Source of the DNA: a virus
DNA: 29,065 nucleotides
Virus record (IMG/VR): IMGVR_UViG_3300021387_001226
Coordinates: 1 to 29,065 of that record
Direction: 5' to 3' (one strand)
Made by a program: the position numbers and the translations under genes. Below are positions 5,470 to 14,514 of this stretch, piece by piece. Under the pieces are notes generated by a model. That model was not told the DNA's origin. It made no database searches and was given only the letters and a program-made list of their open reading frames with translations. How positions within the stretch are numbered: position 1 is the first letter of the stretch; each line of letters opens with the position of its first letter.

Positions 5470-7107
5470 TTATGTCACCGCCTCCAAAATATAACCCACG
5501 TCACCCGTGGCATAGTCGGAGCTGTACATATCCGCCACCGCTGTTATTTCTTTTGCAAATATCCCCTCAAACTCCATTTCGGTATAATTTGTATCAAATG
5601 TTGGAATTTTAACAGGGAACTCGGTTGTTTGCTGTCCCGTGTCGGCATACTCAAAATTGGAGGAAGTAAAGTACAAGGGCGAGCCATTAACAGTAACATT
5701 TTGCGTATTTGCCGATGTGTAGTAATAGTAAGTGTTGCCCTGCTGATCCGTGTCGCTTGAAGGTTGCGTGAATGTTACTCTTCTTTTTACCATAACATTG
5801 CCCTCGCTTGAGAATATGACGGCCGTCATACTCGAAGGTAAAGAACCGCTCACAAATAGCCATCGGTCAAGGGTGCTGTTATACTTTAACGCCCATGCTT
5901 TAAGCTCTGTGAACATTTCTAATCCTTCCAAAGGCATTCCGCCACCACCGCCACCGGCGACTTTCTTTATAGCTTCGTTTGTTTCCGTGCCATCCTCAAG
6001 AATTGTTTTTGCCATAAAGCCGTCCGAAGTCTTGTTGATTGGTTTGTTTATTTCGTAAGATGATGTTTTTGCCGTCCTTGCAGCATAAGTTCTTGTGTAG
6101 GCTCCATCATATTTTGTTGTGATAGAAAAAACTACGCTCTGTTGTTGGCCGCCGTCTTGATCCACTATCAAAACACAGTCGCCCGGCTTTACCGATACAT
6201 TTCCGGGGCAAGTTGCCTCAAAACCGATATAATTCAATCCGTTAAGATACTCCCATATTTTGGTATAATTGTAAGTTTCTTGTTCCCCGGAAGGTATTTG
6301 CAAATACTTCAAGAGCTCATTGTCTACATCCACAATTAAATTGTATTGTCCGGAGCTTGGTGTGGAACTTGAATAAAAAACATCGTTTATGTTTATGGCA
6401 TTTACTTTTGATGTACACATTGCCGTGCTGAAACGATATGTGATAGATGGAGTTATGGTGTATGTGGCTTGGTACGAATCGGGCAACTTTGTCATGCTTA
6501 TAGTTGTTGCCGATCCTGTCGGATCTATATAGGCATTTGCACAACCCAAGCCTGCAATCATACCCACAAGCTCTCTGCCTGTGGGCTTATGTGCTAATGT
6601 GTCCACAAAATCACCGAATTTAAACATGTCAAAATCGGAAGAGGTAACAAAGTTCGGAAGAACCACGCTTACCCCGTATTTGTCATCGATTAGATCTCTA
6701 AAGTCGTTAACGGAAAACGCTGTTTCTTGTCTTAAGCTCTCTATCTCCGTGTCGGTAAGTTCCAAAGGGTTACCCAGTACGGTAATCATTGCATCGGCAC
6801 CCTTTACTGTGGTTAGTATGCCGTCTTTTTCAAGCTCCGTAACACTGCCTTTCGCTATTGTCGTTGTAACGCTTGTATCGGTATTGGTAAGATTTACTAC
6901 AATGCTATCACCAACAACAATATTGTTTACATTATTAGCTAACCCGTCATAATTGATATTATAGAGCTGCAACGTATATGTTGAAGCTCCTGTGTTACCG
7001 ATAGATATCGAAGTGTCGTTTATAAGAGCATCGTTTATTTCCAACGACTTAAGGTTGCCATCATCAAAGGTGTAAGTGCCTATGGTTATGCTTATAGTAT
7101 ATGACAT
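5470..7107 (-). CDS. Tail-associated protein (Tal-like, by position)
   Basis: 545-aa ORF following the Dit-like gene. Start moved to ATG 7107, behind GGAGAGGTGA. No lysin motif seen. Confidence 0.6.
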   Translation of the reverse strand: MSYTISITIGTYTFDDGNLKSLEINDALINDTSISIGNTGASTYTLQLYNINYDGLANNVNNIVVGDSIVVNLTNTDTSVTTTIAKGSVTELEKDGILTTVKGADAMITVLGNPLELTDTEIESLRQETAFSVNDFRDLIDDKYGVSVVLPNFVTSSDFDMFKFGDFVDTLAHKPTGRELVGMIAGLGCANAYIDPTGSATTISMTKLPDSYQATYTITPSITYRFSTAMCTSKVNAININDVFYSSSTPSSGQYNLIVDVDNELLKYLQIPSGEQETYNYTKIWEYLNGLNYIGFEATCPGNVSVKPGDCVLIVDQDGGQQQSVVFSITTKYDGAYTRTYAARTAKTSSYEINKPINKTSDGFMAKTILEDGTETNEAIKKVAGGGGGGMPLEGLEMFTELKAWALKYNSTLDRWLFVSGSLPSSMTAVIFSSEGNVMVKRRVTFTQPSSDTDQQGNTYYYYTSANTQNVTVNGSPLYFTSSNFEYADTGQQTTEFPVKIPTFDTNYTEMEFEGIFAKEITAVADMYSSDYATGDVGYILEAVT

Positions 7108-7111
7108 AAAA

Positions 7112-7546
7112 TCACCTCTCCGTAAGCTCAAACGACAAGCCGTTCCAAAGTCCCGTAACAGCTCCTGTTTTGGATATACCTTTCAACCCGATGTAGGGAA
7201 CCGTTCTATCCGAGACGTAAGCGGTTATTGTTTCCGGCAAACCCGTTGAGCTTGTAACGGGATCGAGATATTTCACACCAACATATACGCCACTCATCAA
7301 TGGGGTGAGCACGATATTTGATTCTTCGGGAGACAAAGGGCGAAAGGTTAAAGAAATTCGCCTTTTGGTTGTTATTTTGTTTTTGATGTATGCTCCGTTT
7401 GTGGTCCTGCCCGATTGGGATTCTATGTCCATTATATCAACCTTAAAACTATCGAGATACTCTGTTATGTTTACATAGGTGCCTACCGTACCGTTTACTA
7501 TTGGTGCCACAAAGCAAACCTCGTTAATGTATGTACTTGTATCCAT
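7112..7546 (-). CDS. Distal tail protein (Dit-like, by position)
   Basis: Follows the tape measure directly. ATG 7546 lies 2 nt after the TMP stop. Confidence 0.55.
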   Translation of the reverse strand: MDTSTYINEVCFVAPIVNGTVGTYVNITEYLDSFKVDIMDIESQSGRTTNGAYIKNKITTKRRISLTFRPLSPEESNIVLTPLMSGVYVGVKYLDPVTSSTGLPETITAYVSDRTVPYIGLKGISKTGAVTGLWNGLSFELTER

Positions 7547-7547
7547 A

Positions 7548-9557
7548 TTACACCTCCAAAACAACTCTGCCGGCTTTTCGCTGGAGCTCGTTTATACTGT
7601 CTACAACCAAGCGGCCGAAGCTCTGACCGCCGATATTAAGCTCTATGGTTATAGGTTTGTCAAAAGAGCTTGAAGCGGTGGAAGTCTGAGCTGTGGTTGT
7701 TCCCACTGCCGCAGGCGAACCGCTCAACACTCCGTTAAGCTCTCCATTAAAGCCTTGTTTGATATCATCATTCAGCCCTCCGACACTTGCCATTACTGAA
7801 TCGGCAGAGCCGGCAATACCCTCGGCAAGGCCTTCACCCATAAAGTTACCCATTTCTGCCATAACAGCAGAAGGGGAATGTATTCCCCAAGCTTCACGGA
7901 AAATATCAATTACAGACTGTCCAAAGCTCTTTATTTTTTCTACTATCCAGTCTTTTGCGTTACTAATGCCGTTCCAGATACCTTGCACTATCATTGTGCC
8001 GGCTTCTTTGAATCGGTCGATTACCGCATTAATCGCTACTATTGCTCCTTTGCCTAAAGAGTACATTATACTGCCCAGACACTCAAGCAGTTTCGGAATG
8101 CCATAGATCAGGCCTTCCCCGAGCTTTAGTATAATAAGTCCTGCTGCATCAAACAATTTGGCTAATGTGTTGGGATCGCTGAGAGCATTTTCTATATTTT
8201 CGATAATCATCGGTATTTTTTCAATCAATATCGGCAAAGCTTCGGCGATCCCGAGGGCAAGTCCCGTAATTATAGAAATTGCAGCATCTAATAAAAGCGA
8301 TAAATTTTTACTGTCTGTCAGCACATCAACTACGGCAAGCAATACATTGACAATTTGAGGAATAAGTGTTGGTAATGATTCCCCTATACCGTTTGCAATG
8401 GTAAACAGTATTTGCAATCCGGTTTGTGCCAATATAGGCAATAAAGTAAGTATCATTTGTCCGATCTGTCCAATGCCCTCGGTAAGAGCCGGCAAAATCG
8501 CTGTTATGATTGTAGGCAAATTAGTCCCGATGGCTGTTATTATCGATGTGGCCGCCGAAATCGCCGCCGGAAGTATGGCAATAAGCAAACCGGGGATTGT
8601 TTCTGATAACATAGGGCTGAGCTTTGTGATAAGCTGCGGAAGAGCTTTTCCTATTGCTCCGATTATTCTTTGCAAGGCAGGGAAAATATTGTCACTGACA
8701 GCTCCCACAGACTGTATTAAATTTTCTACCAACCCGTCAAGAGGAGCATCTTCACGGCCGAAGCCCGTGACAAGGTTTTCCCATGAAGCTTTTAACATAC
8801 TGAGAGAGCCGGAAATGGTTGTAGCACCTTCCTCTTGCGTGGCGTTGGCTATCCCCATTTTATCTTGTATTACGCCTATTGCCGTGGCTATGTCCGCAAA
8901 AGAGGAAATATCATAATCCACTCCGCTTATTGCCGTGGCATCTTGTAGGAGCCTTTCCATCTCTTCTTTGGTGCCGCCGTAGCCGAGCTTAAGGTTGTCA
9001 AGCATGGTAAAATTTTGTTTAGCAAAGCCTTGGTAAGCGTTTTGAATACTTTCCATTGAGGTGCCCATCTTGTTGGCATTGTCTGCCATGTCAATTATAG
9101 CTCTGTTGGCTACATCTGCCGCTTTGTCGGTGTCACCGCCTAAGGATTGAATCAGAGAAGCAGAAAAAGATGTAACGGTTTCCATGTATTCGTTACTTGA
9201 CATTCCTGCCTTTTCGAACGCTCCTGCAGCGTTGTTAAGTACCTTTTGTTGCGCATCTCCGAAAAGGGTTTGTACACCGCCTTCCAACTGCTCGTAGTTT
9301 GCATAAGCATCAAGGGCTTGTTTTCCTAAAGCTCCCACGGCGGCACTTGCTGCTCCGAGGCCTGCCGCCGCTGCCGAGCTTATCCCTGTCGCAATCAAGC
9401 CCAGTCCCTTTAAAGCATTGCCAAATGCAGAGGAAAAGCTTTTCCCGGAAGCCGCTCCGTTTTCGCTAAACGCCTTTTCGAGATTTTCCTTCAAGCCCTT
9501 TGTTGTCGGCATAATTTGCACATAAGCTTGAGCAATAGCGTTATTCTCGTTTGCCAT
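7548..9557 (-). CDS. Tail tape measure protein
   Basis: 669 aa, rich in Ala/Gly/Ile/Leu, with long helical and hydrophobic central segments. Immediately downstream of the G/GT chaperone pair. GGAGGTG SD. Confidence 0.85.
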   Translation of the reverse strand: MANENNAIAQAYVQIMPTTKGLKENLEKAFSENGAASGKSFSSAFGNALKGLGLIATGISSAAAAGLGAASAAVGALGKQALDAYANYEQLEGGVQTLFGDAQQKVLNNAAGAFEKAGMSSNEYMETVTSFSASLIQSLGGDTDKAADVANRAIIDMADNANKMGTSMESIQNAYQGFAKQNFTMLDNLKLGYGGTKEEMERLLQDATAISGVDYDISSFADIATAIGVIQDKMGIANATQEEGATTISGSLSMLKASWENLVTGFGREDAPLDGLVENLIQSVGAVSDNIFPALQRIIGAIGKALPQLITKLSPMLSETIPGLLIAILPAAISAATSIITAIGTNLPTIITAILPALTEGIGQIGQMILTLLPILAQTGLQILFTIANGIGESLPTLIPQIVNVLLAVVDVLTDSKNLSLLLDAAISIITGLALGIAEALPILIEKIPMIIENIENALSDPNTLAKLFDAAGLIILKLGEGLIYGIPKLLECLGSIMYSLGKGAIVAINAVIDRFKEAGTMIVQGIWNGISNAKDWIVEKIKSFGQSVIDIFREAWGIHSPSAVMAEMGNFMGEGLAEGIAGSADSVMASVGGLNDDIKQGFNGELNGVLSGSPAAVGTTTAQTSTASSSFDKPITIELNIGGQSFGRLVVDSINELQRKAGRVVLEV

Positions 9558-9900
9558 ACAGTTGCACCTCCAATTCTTCTATATTGTATGTTCCATATTC
9601 TTTTTCTTTGGTTAATATTTCGTACACGCTTTCGGGCTTATTTCGTCCCTTTTGTCCGTCTTTCGTTTTCGCCCACACAAGCCAGCTCAAACGATCCACT
9701 ATCAAGCTTAGCAATGTTTGTTCTAAGGTCAATTTTTGAGATGTAATTGCTTTCATGCATCTGCTTTCCAACGGTAGCCCACATGCAAGGGTTGCTATTA
9801 AAACAACGTTGTAATCCGTATAATTGTAAATATTATAATATTGAGCTAAATCGCAGATTAAATCATCCTCGTTGGTTGCGATCATACCACCGAGGGTCAT
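9541..9900 (-). CDS. Tail assembly chaperone, frameshift-extension part (gpT-like)
   Basis: The ORF is in the -1 frame relative to the upstream chaperone. KTKDGQKGRNKPESV is typical of Gram-positive phage TAC extensions. Confidence 0.7.
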   Translation of the reverse strand: MTLGGMIATNEDDLICDLAQYYNIYNYTDYNVVLIATLACGLPLESRCMKAITSQKLTLEQTLLSLIVDRLSWLVWAKTKDGQKGRNKPESVYEILTKEKEYGTYNIEELEVQLYGKRE

Positions 9901-10172
9901 TATTTTTTTGCTTTGTCATTATTTCCAAGTTGTGAGATAATATCCGTTATTTCCTCGGAAACCTTTCCGGTGTCCGCTATTCCGTCTATGGTACAATGTG
10001 CTATAAGTTCCGTATCGTCTCCCACAATCAATTCCACCAAATCAAAGAGAGCGGAAGCGCTGATCAAAGGGTCTTTTGACTTAGTTTTTGCTATTGCCTT
10101 TACAAATCTGTAATCGTTTAATATCTTTTCGTTAACATCGCATTGGAATCCTGTTTTTGTTTTTACTTTCAT
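9900..10172 (-). CDS. Tail assembly chaperone (gpG-like)
   Basis: 90-aa acidic protein between the major tail and tape measure genes, ending at the slippery site. Confidence 0.7.
   Translation of the reverse strand: MKVKTKTGFQCDVNEKILNDYRFVKAIAKTKSKDPLISASALFDLVELIVGDDTELIAHCTIDGIADTGKVSEEITDIISQLGNNDKAKK
9903..9909 (-). promoter_or_regulatory. A7 slippery site for -1 programmed frameshift (G/GT-type)
   Basis: The - strand reads GC-A AAA AAA-TAA. A -1 slip gives KK-I-MTLGG, in frame with the 9541..9900 ORF. Confidence 0.65.
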
Positions 10173-10193
10173 ATTTTCCTCCTATAAAAAACT

Positions 10194-10227
10194 ATAAAAA
10201 AACACCCTCCCTCAAGCGAGGAAGGGT
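10194..10227 (-). terminator. Hairpin plus U-tract after the major tail gene (partial terminator or attenuator)
   Basis: The - strand reads CCCTTCCTC-GCTT-GAGGGAGGG followed by TGTTTTTTTAT. Confidence 0.55.
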
Positions 10228-10240
10228 AAAATTTGTTGAA

Positions 10241-10783
10241 TCAGTCTGCTATATACTCGTAGTGTGTCGTGCCGGTTGTGTCGGGTAAGCATGTGATTGT
10301 GACATCATACTTGATGATATCGTTGTCCACATAGGTAATGTCGCCCACTTCGGTTACTACGCCGTTGGGAACCACAATTCTTTTAAGTGTCCCCTCTCGG
10401 AGTACCATGTCAAACACATAGGCGTGAGCTTCAAGAGCCGCCTGTGTTGCCTGTACGGTTATGTCTGTAGTTCCCGTTACCTTGGTATCACCATAAACAA
10501 CTTTTAAAGCATCGGCGTTCTTCGATTCGATCAAGCTAAACGCAAAAGTATCGTCTCTGGTCTGTTGTTTTACCAGTACCACATCGCCGCCCCATGCGTG
10601 TACTACCTCAGTGTCGGGACTGTTTGAATTTGTCAAACCGTCTTCCGACACATAACCGAGTGCTGTAAACCCTGTAAGCGCATCGCTTGCACTTGTCGGC
10701 ATCGTTGCGGTGGTGGGTGCTATATGTATGGCTCCGCTTGCTTTCGCTTTGCCTGTACTTACGTTCTCAACTGTATTTGCCAT
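10241..10783 (-). CDS. Major tail protein
   Basis: 180 aa, upstream of the chaperones, with a strong AAAGGAG SD and a terminator-like hairpin behind it. Confidence 0.7.
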   Translation of the reverse strand: MANTVENVSTGKAKASGAIHIAPTTATMPTSASDALTGFTALGYVSEDGLTNSNSPDTEVVHAWGGDVVLVKQQTRDDTFAFSLIESKNADALKVVYGDTKVTGTTDITVQATQAALEAHAYVFDMVLREGTLKRIVVPNGVVTEVGDITYVDNDIIKYDVTITCLPDTTGTTHYEYIAD

Positions 10784-10796
10784 TTTATCACTCCTT

Positions 10797-11126
10797 TCAG
10801 TAGTGTACGATATCGTACACGGATTGATATCTGTATTCTTTTGTTTCCGGGTCTGTGAAATTGGTAGAGCTGTTGAGCTTGATTGAAGATATATTGTAAT
10901 GCTCAGCGTTTAAAAGAGTATTTTTAACACTTTCATCAAGCTCGGCAGCATCAAGAAGGCTGTCAGCATAGCTCTGTACGGCAAATCTCGAACGGCACAA
11001 AATCCCGTGTTCCTCGCAACTTTGTCCAATCCGCTCTAAAAGTACCCATTGCTTTGGGGCTTTTGGAGGTCTCTCCATAAAGCATCTATAATCCGACAAA
11101 ATGGACAATAAATCTTTTTCAATCAT
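10797..11126 (-). CDS. Tail terminator / head-tail joining protein (by position)
   Basis: 109 aa, ATGA-coupled, between the neck genes and the major tail gene. Confidence 0.5.
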   Translation of the reverse strand: MIEKDLLSILSDYRCFMERPPKAPKQWVLLERIGQSCEEHGILCRSRFAVQSYADSLLDAAELDESVKNTLLNAEHYNISSIKLNSSTNFTDPETKEYRYQSVYDIVHY

Positions 11127-11368
11127 TTATTGCTCACCGCCTTTAATAATGTGTTGTGCCTGTAGTTGTCTCGCTTTGCCTCGTTGGTAGCAGGAAACAC
11201 GCCCACATTGATTCTGTGTCTTCCCTCAAATATGTTTGTTTCGTATCCCGTGCCGGCTTTACTCGCAACTCCTTCGGCAACTTTTTCACAATATTCTTTT
11301 ACTTCTTCACCTTTTAAAATCTCACTGCTCACATTGGCTTGTACAAGCTTAATTTTCGTTTTGCTCAT
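11123..11368 (-). CDS. Neck protein (HK97 gp10-like, by position)
   Basis: Start moved to ATG 11368 (MSKTKIKLV), behind GAGAGGATTGGTGA. Confidence 0.5.
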   Translation of the reverse strand: MSKTKIKLVQANVSSEILKGEEVKEYCEKVAEGVASKAGTGYETNIFEGRHRINVGVFPATNEAKRDNYRHNTLLKAVSNK

Positions 11369-11714
11369 ATTCACCAATCCTCTCAATTTTTACCTTCTTG
11401 TTCCATTTCAAGGGTATGTTTTCTTCTATTCCTGCCGTGGGATAGCCTATCGTTCTATATGTTCCTTCAAACGGTGCCGGCAACGTTACCTTTGCGTTTA
11501 CCCAGTTGTGGGTATCTCCCTTCGGTACTGCAAGCATATACGCCACCCGTTTGCCGAACAAATTATAGGTGTCTGTTATGTCCTGCGTGGAGGGTTCTCC
11601 CACCAACACATTTTCGACAGTGCTATCTGAGTAACTGATAACGGGGTGATTGAACTCGTCAACTGCACCTTCGGAAGGTTCGTGTAGGATTATAGATACT
11701 CCTTGTATATCCAT
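11349..11714 (-). CDS. Head closure / head-tail adaptor protein (by position)
   Basis: 121 aa, directly after the connector gene. Confidence 0.55.
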   Translation of the reverse strand: MDIQGVSIILHEPSEGAVDEFNHPVISYSDSTVENVLVGEPSTQDITDTYNLFGKRVAYMLAVPKGDTHNWVNAKVTLPAPFEGTYRTIGYPTAGIEENIPLKWNKKVKIERIGEYEQNEN

Positions 11715-11715
11715 T

Positions 11716-12120
11716 TCAGCTCTCCCCTCTCATGAGCTCCGCCATATCTATGCCGTAAAGTCGTTGACGAAGGAAACCAAGCTCTTTCAATTCGGCTTTT
11801 GTGATATACAAAGTTTGTAAGCGGCTTGAATAGTTTGTTGTAAGCGAGTAGCCCATAGCCGATTGTGTAAAACCCGTAACAGTAGAAGGTGCCGATGTAT
11901 CGGTAGTAGCATCCACTGCTCTGTGTGCCGCATTTATACATACCGACTTTACAATAGTGAGGTAATCTTCATCCTCCACCGCCGTGGCAATGTCAAAATT
12001 GTATTTTTTGGCAAGTATGTTTATTTTCGATGAAGCCGTTTGAAGGTATCCCTCAATCATTTCCGCCTCGCTTGCTTGATACGAATAATAAACGGCGTAA
12101 TCTTCTAATTCTGCATACAT
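11716..12120 (-). CDS. Head-tail connector protein (gp6-like)
   Basis: 134 aa, with an AAGGAGGTG SD. Its position after the capsid gene and the N-terminal pattern LEDYAVYY..EAEMIEGYLQTASS are typical of DNA-packaging connector proteins. Confidence 0.6.
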   Translation of the reverse strand: MYAELEDYAVYYSYQASEAEMIEGYLQTASSKINILAKKYNFDIATAVEDEDYLTIVKSVCINAAHRAVDATTDTSAPSTVTGFTQSAMGYSLTTNYSSRLQTLYITKAELKELGFLRQRLYGIDMAELMRGES

Positions 12121-12136
12121 TACGGCACCTCCTTAC

Positions 12137-12301
12137 TCACTTCTTTACCGCTCGTTTCTTTGGCGGCCTTTTTTTGCTTTCGGATACCGCCGTTTCGTTG
12201 GCGGTATCCTTTTCCTCCGTAACAGCTTCATAACCTTCCCAATTAAGAGGCATTTCACATGTTACAATTCTGCCGGTATTTTTTTGTTTGTATATAAACA
12301 T
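12137..12301 (-). CDS. Small ORF (54 aa) between capsid and connector
   Basis: Not in the ORF track. ATG at 12301, or an internal ATG at 12253. Basic C-terminus KKRPPKKRAVKK. Weak SD. Confidence 0.35.
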   Translation of the reverse strand: MFIYKQKNTGRIVTCEMPLNWEGYEAVTEEKDTANETAVSESKKRPPKKRAVKK

Positions 12302-12313
12302 CCAATCACGCCC

Positions 12314-13201
12314 TTATTGCGATACTATCTTTGCAAAAGCTCCGGCATTGAGCACAGCCCAACCGATATAAGCTTCCGCTCTGATGTAGATCTGATTGTA
12401 TCGTTTAAGGTCTCCGTTGTTATCGGGATCACCGTAAGGGATTATTTCCATGGGGATCTCTTTTGCGAAACCCCACTTGAAATAATCAAAGTCACCGACA
12501 ATGGCAAGGTCCTTATTATTTGTGCCGTAAGAAACGGTGTTGTTTACCTCTGCAGACATACCGTTAAGGACTTGATTGTCTTTAGTTGACCATGTTAATT
12601 CGGGGAACATCTTAGCTCCGTTGGAAGTGGTAATCTTGGCAAGAGCAGATCTGTAAGCCTTGCTCATAATAATTCCGTTTATGTCAAACTTATCTGAGGT
12701 ATCAAAAAGTGCAAGAGCATCCTCAACATCCTCATCTTCACTGCCTGCTGTTGTTGTTATGGAGTTCACGGTCTGATCGATATAGTTGGTAATAATTGCA
12801 GCGGTTGTTCCTGTTCTGGGGTTGAAACCATGCATAGCCATGATATCTAAGCCTCTACCAACTTTCTTGGCGAAGCCGTCAGTAAATTTTGATAAAATTT
12901 CAATCTGCTGCTCTTGACTGGCGAACATAAATTCATCGGAAACTCTGAAACCGTACTCTACCTTTTTGGGAGATATAGTAACCGCTGTGATCGAAGGATC
13001 GCCGCTTGATTTTGCTCCATTTTCGTCAACAAGGTTTACTTCATCGTCCATGTTAAAAACGAAAACTTTGTTGCCAACGAATGAGACGGGAGATGCAGCA
13101 GCAAGTCGTGCAAGGGAAGAGTGTCCGCCCACTTTTCCAAATACTTCTTTTGTCAGAATTTCGGGGAAAAGAGCCCCTTGAGATAAATTAGCAGTAGCCA
13201 T
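12314..13201 (-). CDS. Major capsid protein (HK97-fold type)
   Basis: 295 aa, with an AGGAGG SD, directly after the scaffold gene. The N-terminal LFPEILTKEVFGKV..SLARLA pattern is typical of this family. Confidence 0.85.
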   Translation of the reverse strand: MATANLSQGALFPEILTKEVFGKVGGHSSLARLAAASPVSFVGNKVFVFNMDDEVNLVDENGAKSSGDPSITAVTISPKKVEYGFRVSDEFMFASQEQQIEILSKFTDGFAKKVGRGLDIMAMHGFNPRTGTTAAIITNYIDQTVNSITTTAGSEDEDVEDALALFDTSDKFDINGIIMSKAYRSALAKITTSNGAKMFPELTWSTKDNQVLNGMSAEVNNTVSYGTNNKDLAIVGDFDYFKWGFAKEIPMEIIPYGDPDNNGDLKRYNQIYIRAEAYIGWAVLNAGAFAKIVSQ

Positions 13202-13222
13202 AACGCTACCTCCTTTCGTGTT

Positions 13223-13705
13223 TTACTTTGTTAACGCACTTAAAAGTTCCTGCAGGCCGTTGTTTTCGGGTTCCTGCGTGTTGTTTTGTGCGATAGGCTG
13301 TTGAGGTGACAGCAAGCTGCGGAGCTTTGCGGCAGATTGAGCAAGTTCCTCGTCTGTGTCGCCTTGCAGAAATTCAACGGCATTTGCCGGAAGGTTGTTT
13401 TCTGTTGCAATCTTCTGTTTAAGAGCATTTTTTGCATATTTTTCATTTTCTGTTTGTAATTTCTTGTACTTTTCGGCAAGGTCCTTGCTTTCCTGCTCGG
13501 TTTTTTGATATTTTCCCGTCAGTTCTGCAAGTTGCTTGCTTATGGTACTTATTTGATTTGTAGCTTCCTCGGATTTCTTCTTTTCACGGTTCAAGCGTTC
13601 TTGAATAATTTTATTCAGCTGTTCTTGTGAAGTGATTGGTTTAAAATCCGTGTTTTCCTCGTTTTTTAAAGGTTCGAGTGCCTTGTTATCAGCATTTTCA
13701 GCCAT
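13223..13705 (-). CDS. Capsid scaffolding protein
   Basis: Start moved to ATG 13705, behind AAAGGAGG. A coiled-coil, charged protein. The TSQEQLNKIIQERLNREKKK motif resembles the DUF4355 scaffold family. Confidence 0.75.
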   Translation of the reverse strand: MAENADNKALEPLKNEENTDFKPITSQEQLNKIIQERLNREKKKSEEATNQISTISKQLAELTGKYQKTEQESKDLAEKYKKLQTENEKYAKNALKQKIATENNLPANAVEFLQGDTDEELAQSAAKLRSLLSPQQPIAQNNTQEPENNGLQELLSALTK

Positions 13706-13743
13706 TTGTTTTTCCTCCTTTATACCTCTGAGTAAGAGTACAT

Positions 13744-13767
13744 ATAAAAAAAGAGCCAAAGGCTCTT
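13744..13767 (-). terminator. Rho-independent terminator after the head-module LRR gene
   Basis: The - strand reads AAGAGCC-TTT-GGCTCTT followed by TTTTTAT. Confidence 0.65.
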
Positions 13768-14459
13768 TAATTATCTTCTAGCCATCTGATTGATACTGTT
13801 TCGGGAACGCTGTCGGTATTAAAATTGACATTTTCCCTTGAGTTATCAATGTTTATTTTTGTTAATGACGAATTATAACAAACTTGACCGCTTATCATGG
13901 TGCAAGTTGAGGGAATATTGAGTATTTCTACACCCGAACGGCTAAAGGGTGCATAGCCAACACTCTGAATGCCGCCCATAACAACATTTTTGAGATTTGT
14001 GCATCCGTCAAACATGTAATCATTCACCATTGTGACACCATCGGCAATGAAATTCACAATTTCGGTATTATTTGCAAGGCAACTTCTTCCAACCATTGTA
14101 ACCGTGTCGGGGAACACGAGAGTTTCACCGTGATAGTGTAGTCTGCCGATAATATGGCAGCTTGAAGCAATGCTCACGCTTTTTAACAACGGGTAAGGTT
14201 TTGATGCATCGAAGCCTGTTATTCCGTTTTCGATAATAAGTTCCGTTACATCCGATACATCAATGTTGGTATCCATACCGGAGCTGAAATAACCCGTGCC
14301 GGATATTGTAAGCGTGGTTCCTTTTTTCTCCCATCGGAAATTTCCTGCCGTTCCTCTTGAAACAGGTACCGGAGAGAGCATGTCGACAATGTTGTAAGCT
14401 TTCCCGTCCTCTCCTATAAATCTGCCTGAATGGGGTTCCATTTCGTTAATGTTTGGCAT
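13767..14459 (-). CDS. BspA-type LRR protein with a conserved N-terminal module (230 aa)
   Basis: LRR-like units (TMVGRSCLANN, TMVNDYMFDGC, IQSVGYAPFSRS, CTMISGQVCYNS). Start moved to ATG 14459, behind AAAGGAG. The N-terminus MPNINEMEPHSGRFIGEDGKAYNIV aligns without gaps to the 62-aa ORF at 21279..21467. Confidence 0.75.
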   Translation of the reverse strand: MPNINEMEPHSGRFIGEDGKAYNIVDMLSPVPVSRGTAGNFRWEKKGTTLTISGTGYFSSGMDTNIDVSDVTELIIENGITGFDASKPYPLLKSVSIASSCHIIGRLHYHGETLVFPDTVTMVGRSCLANNTEIVNFIADGVTMVNDYMFDGCTNLKNVVMGGIQSVGYAPFSRSGVEILNIPSTCTMISGQVCYNSSLTKINIDNSRENVNFNTDSVPETVSIRWLEDN

Positions 14460-14485
14460 TTTGTTCACTCCTTTCGGTTCGCTAA

Positions 14486-14511
14486 TTAAAAAAGACAGCC
14501 CTTAGCTATCT
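14486..14511 (-). terminator. Hairpin plus U-tract after the methyltransferase
   Basis: The - strand reads AGATAGC-TAAGG-GCTGTCT (one G-U pair) followed by TTTTTT. Confidence 0.5.
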
Positions 14512-14514
14512 TGG

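Noticed and set aside
7693-8916. Several + strand ORFs (137, 66 and 172 aa) inside the tape-measure gene
   Set aside because: They are antisense shadows of a long, well-supported - strand gene. Their composition is low-complexity Ala/Ser/Ile/Pro, with no SD sequences or promoters.
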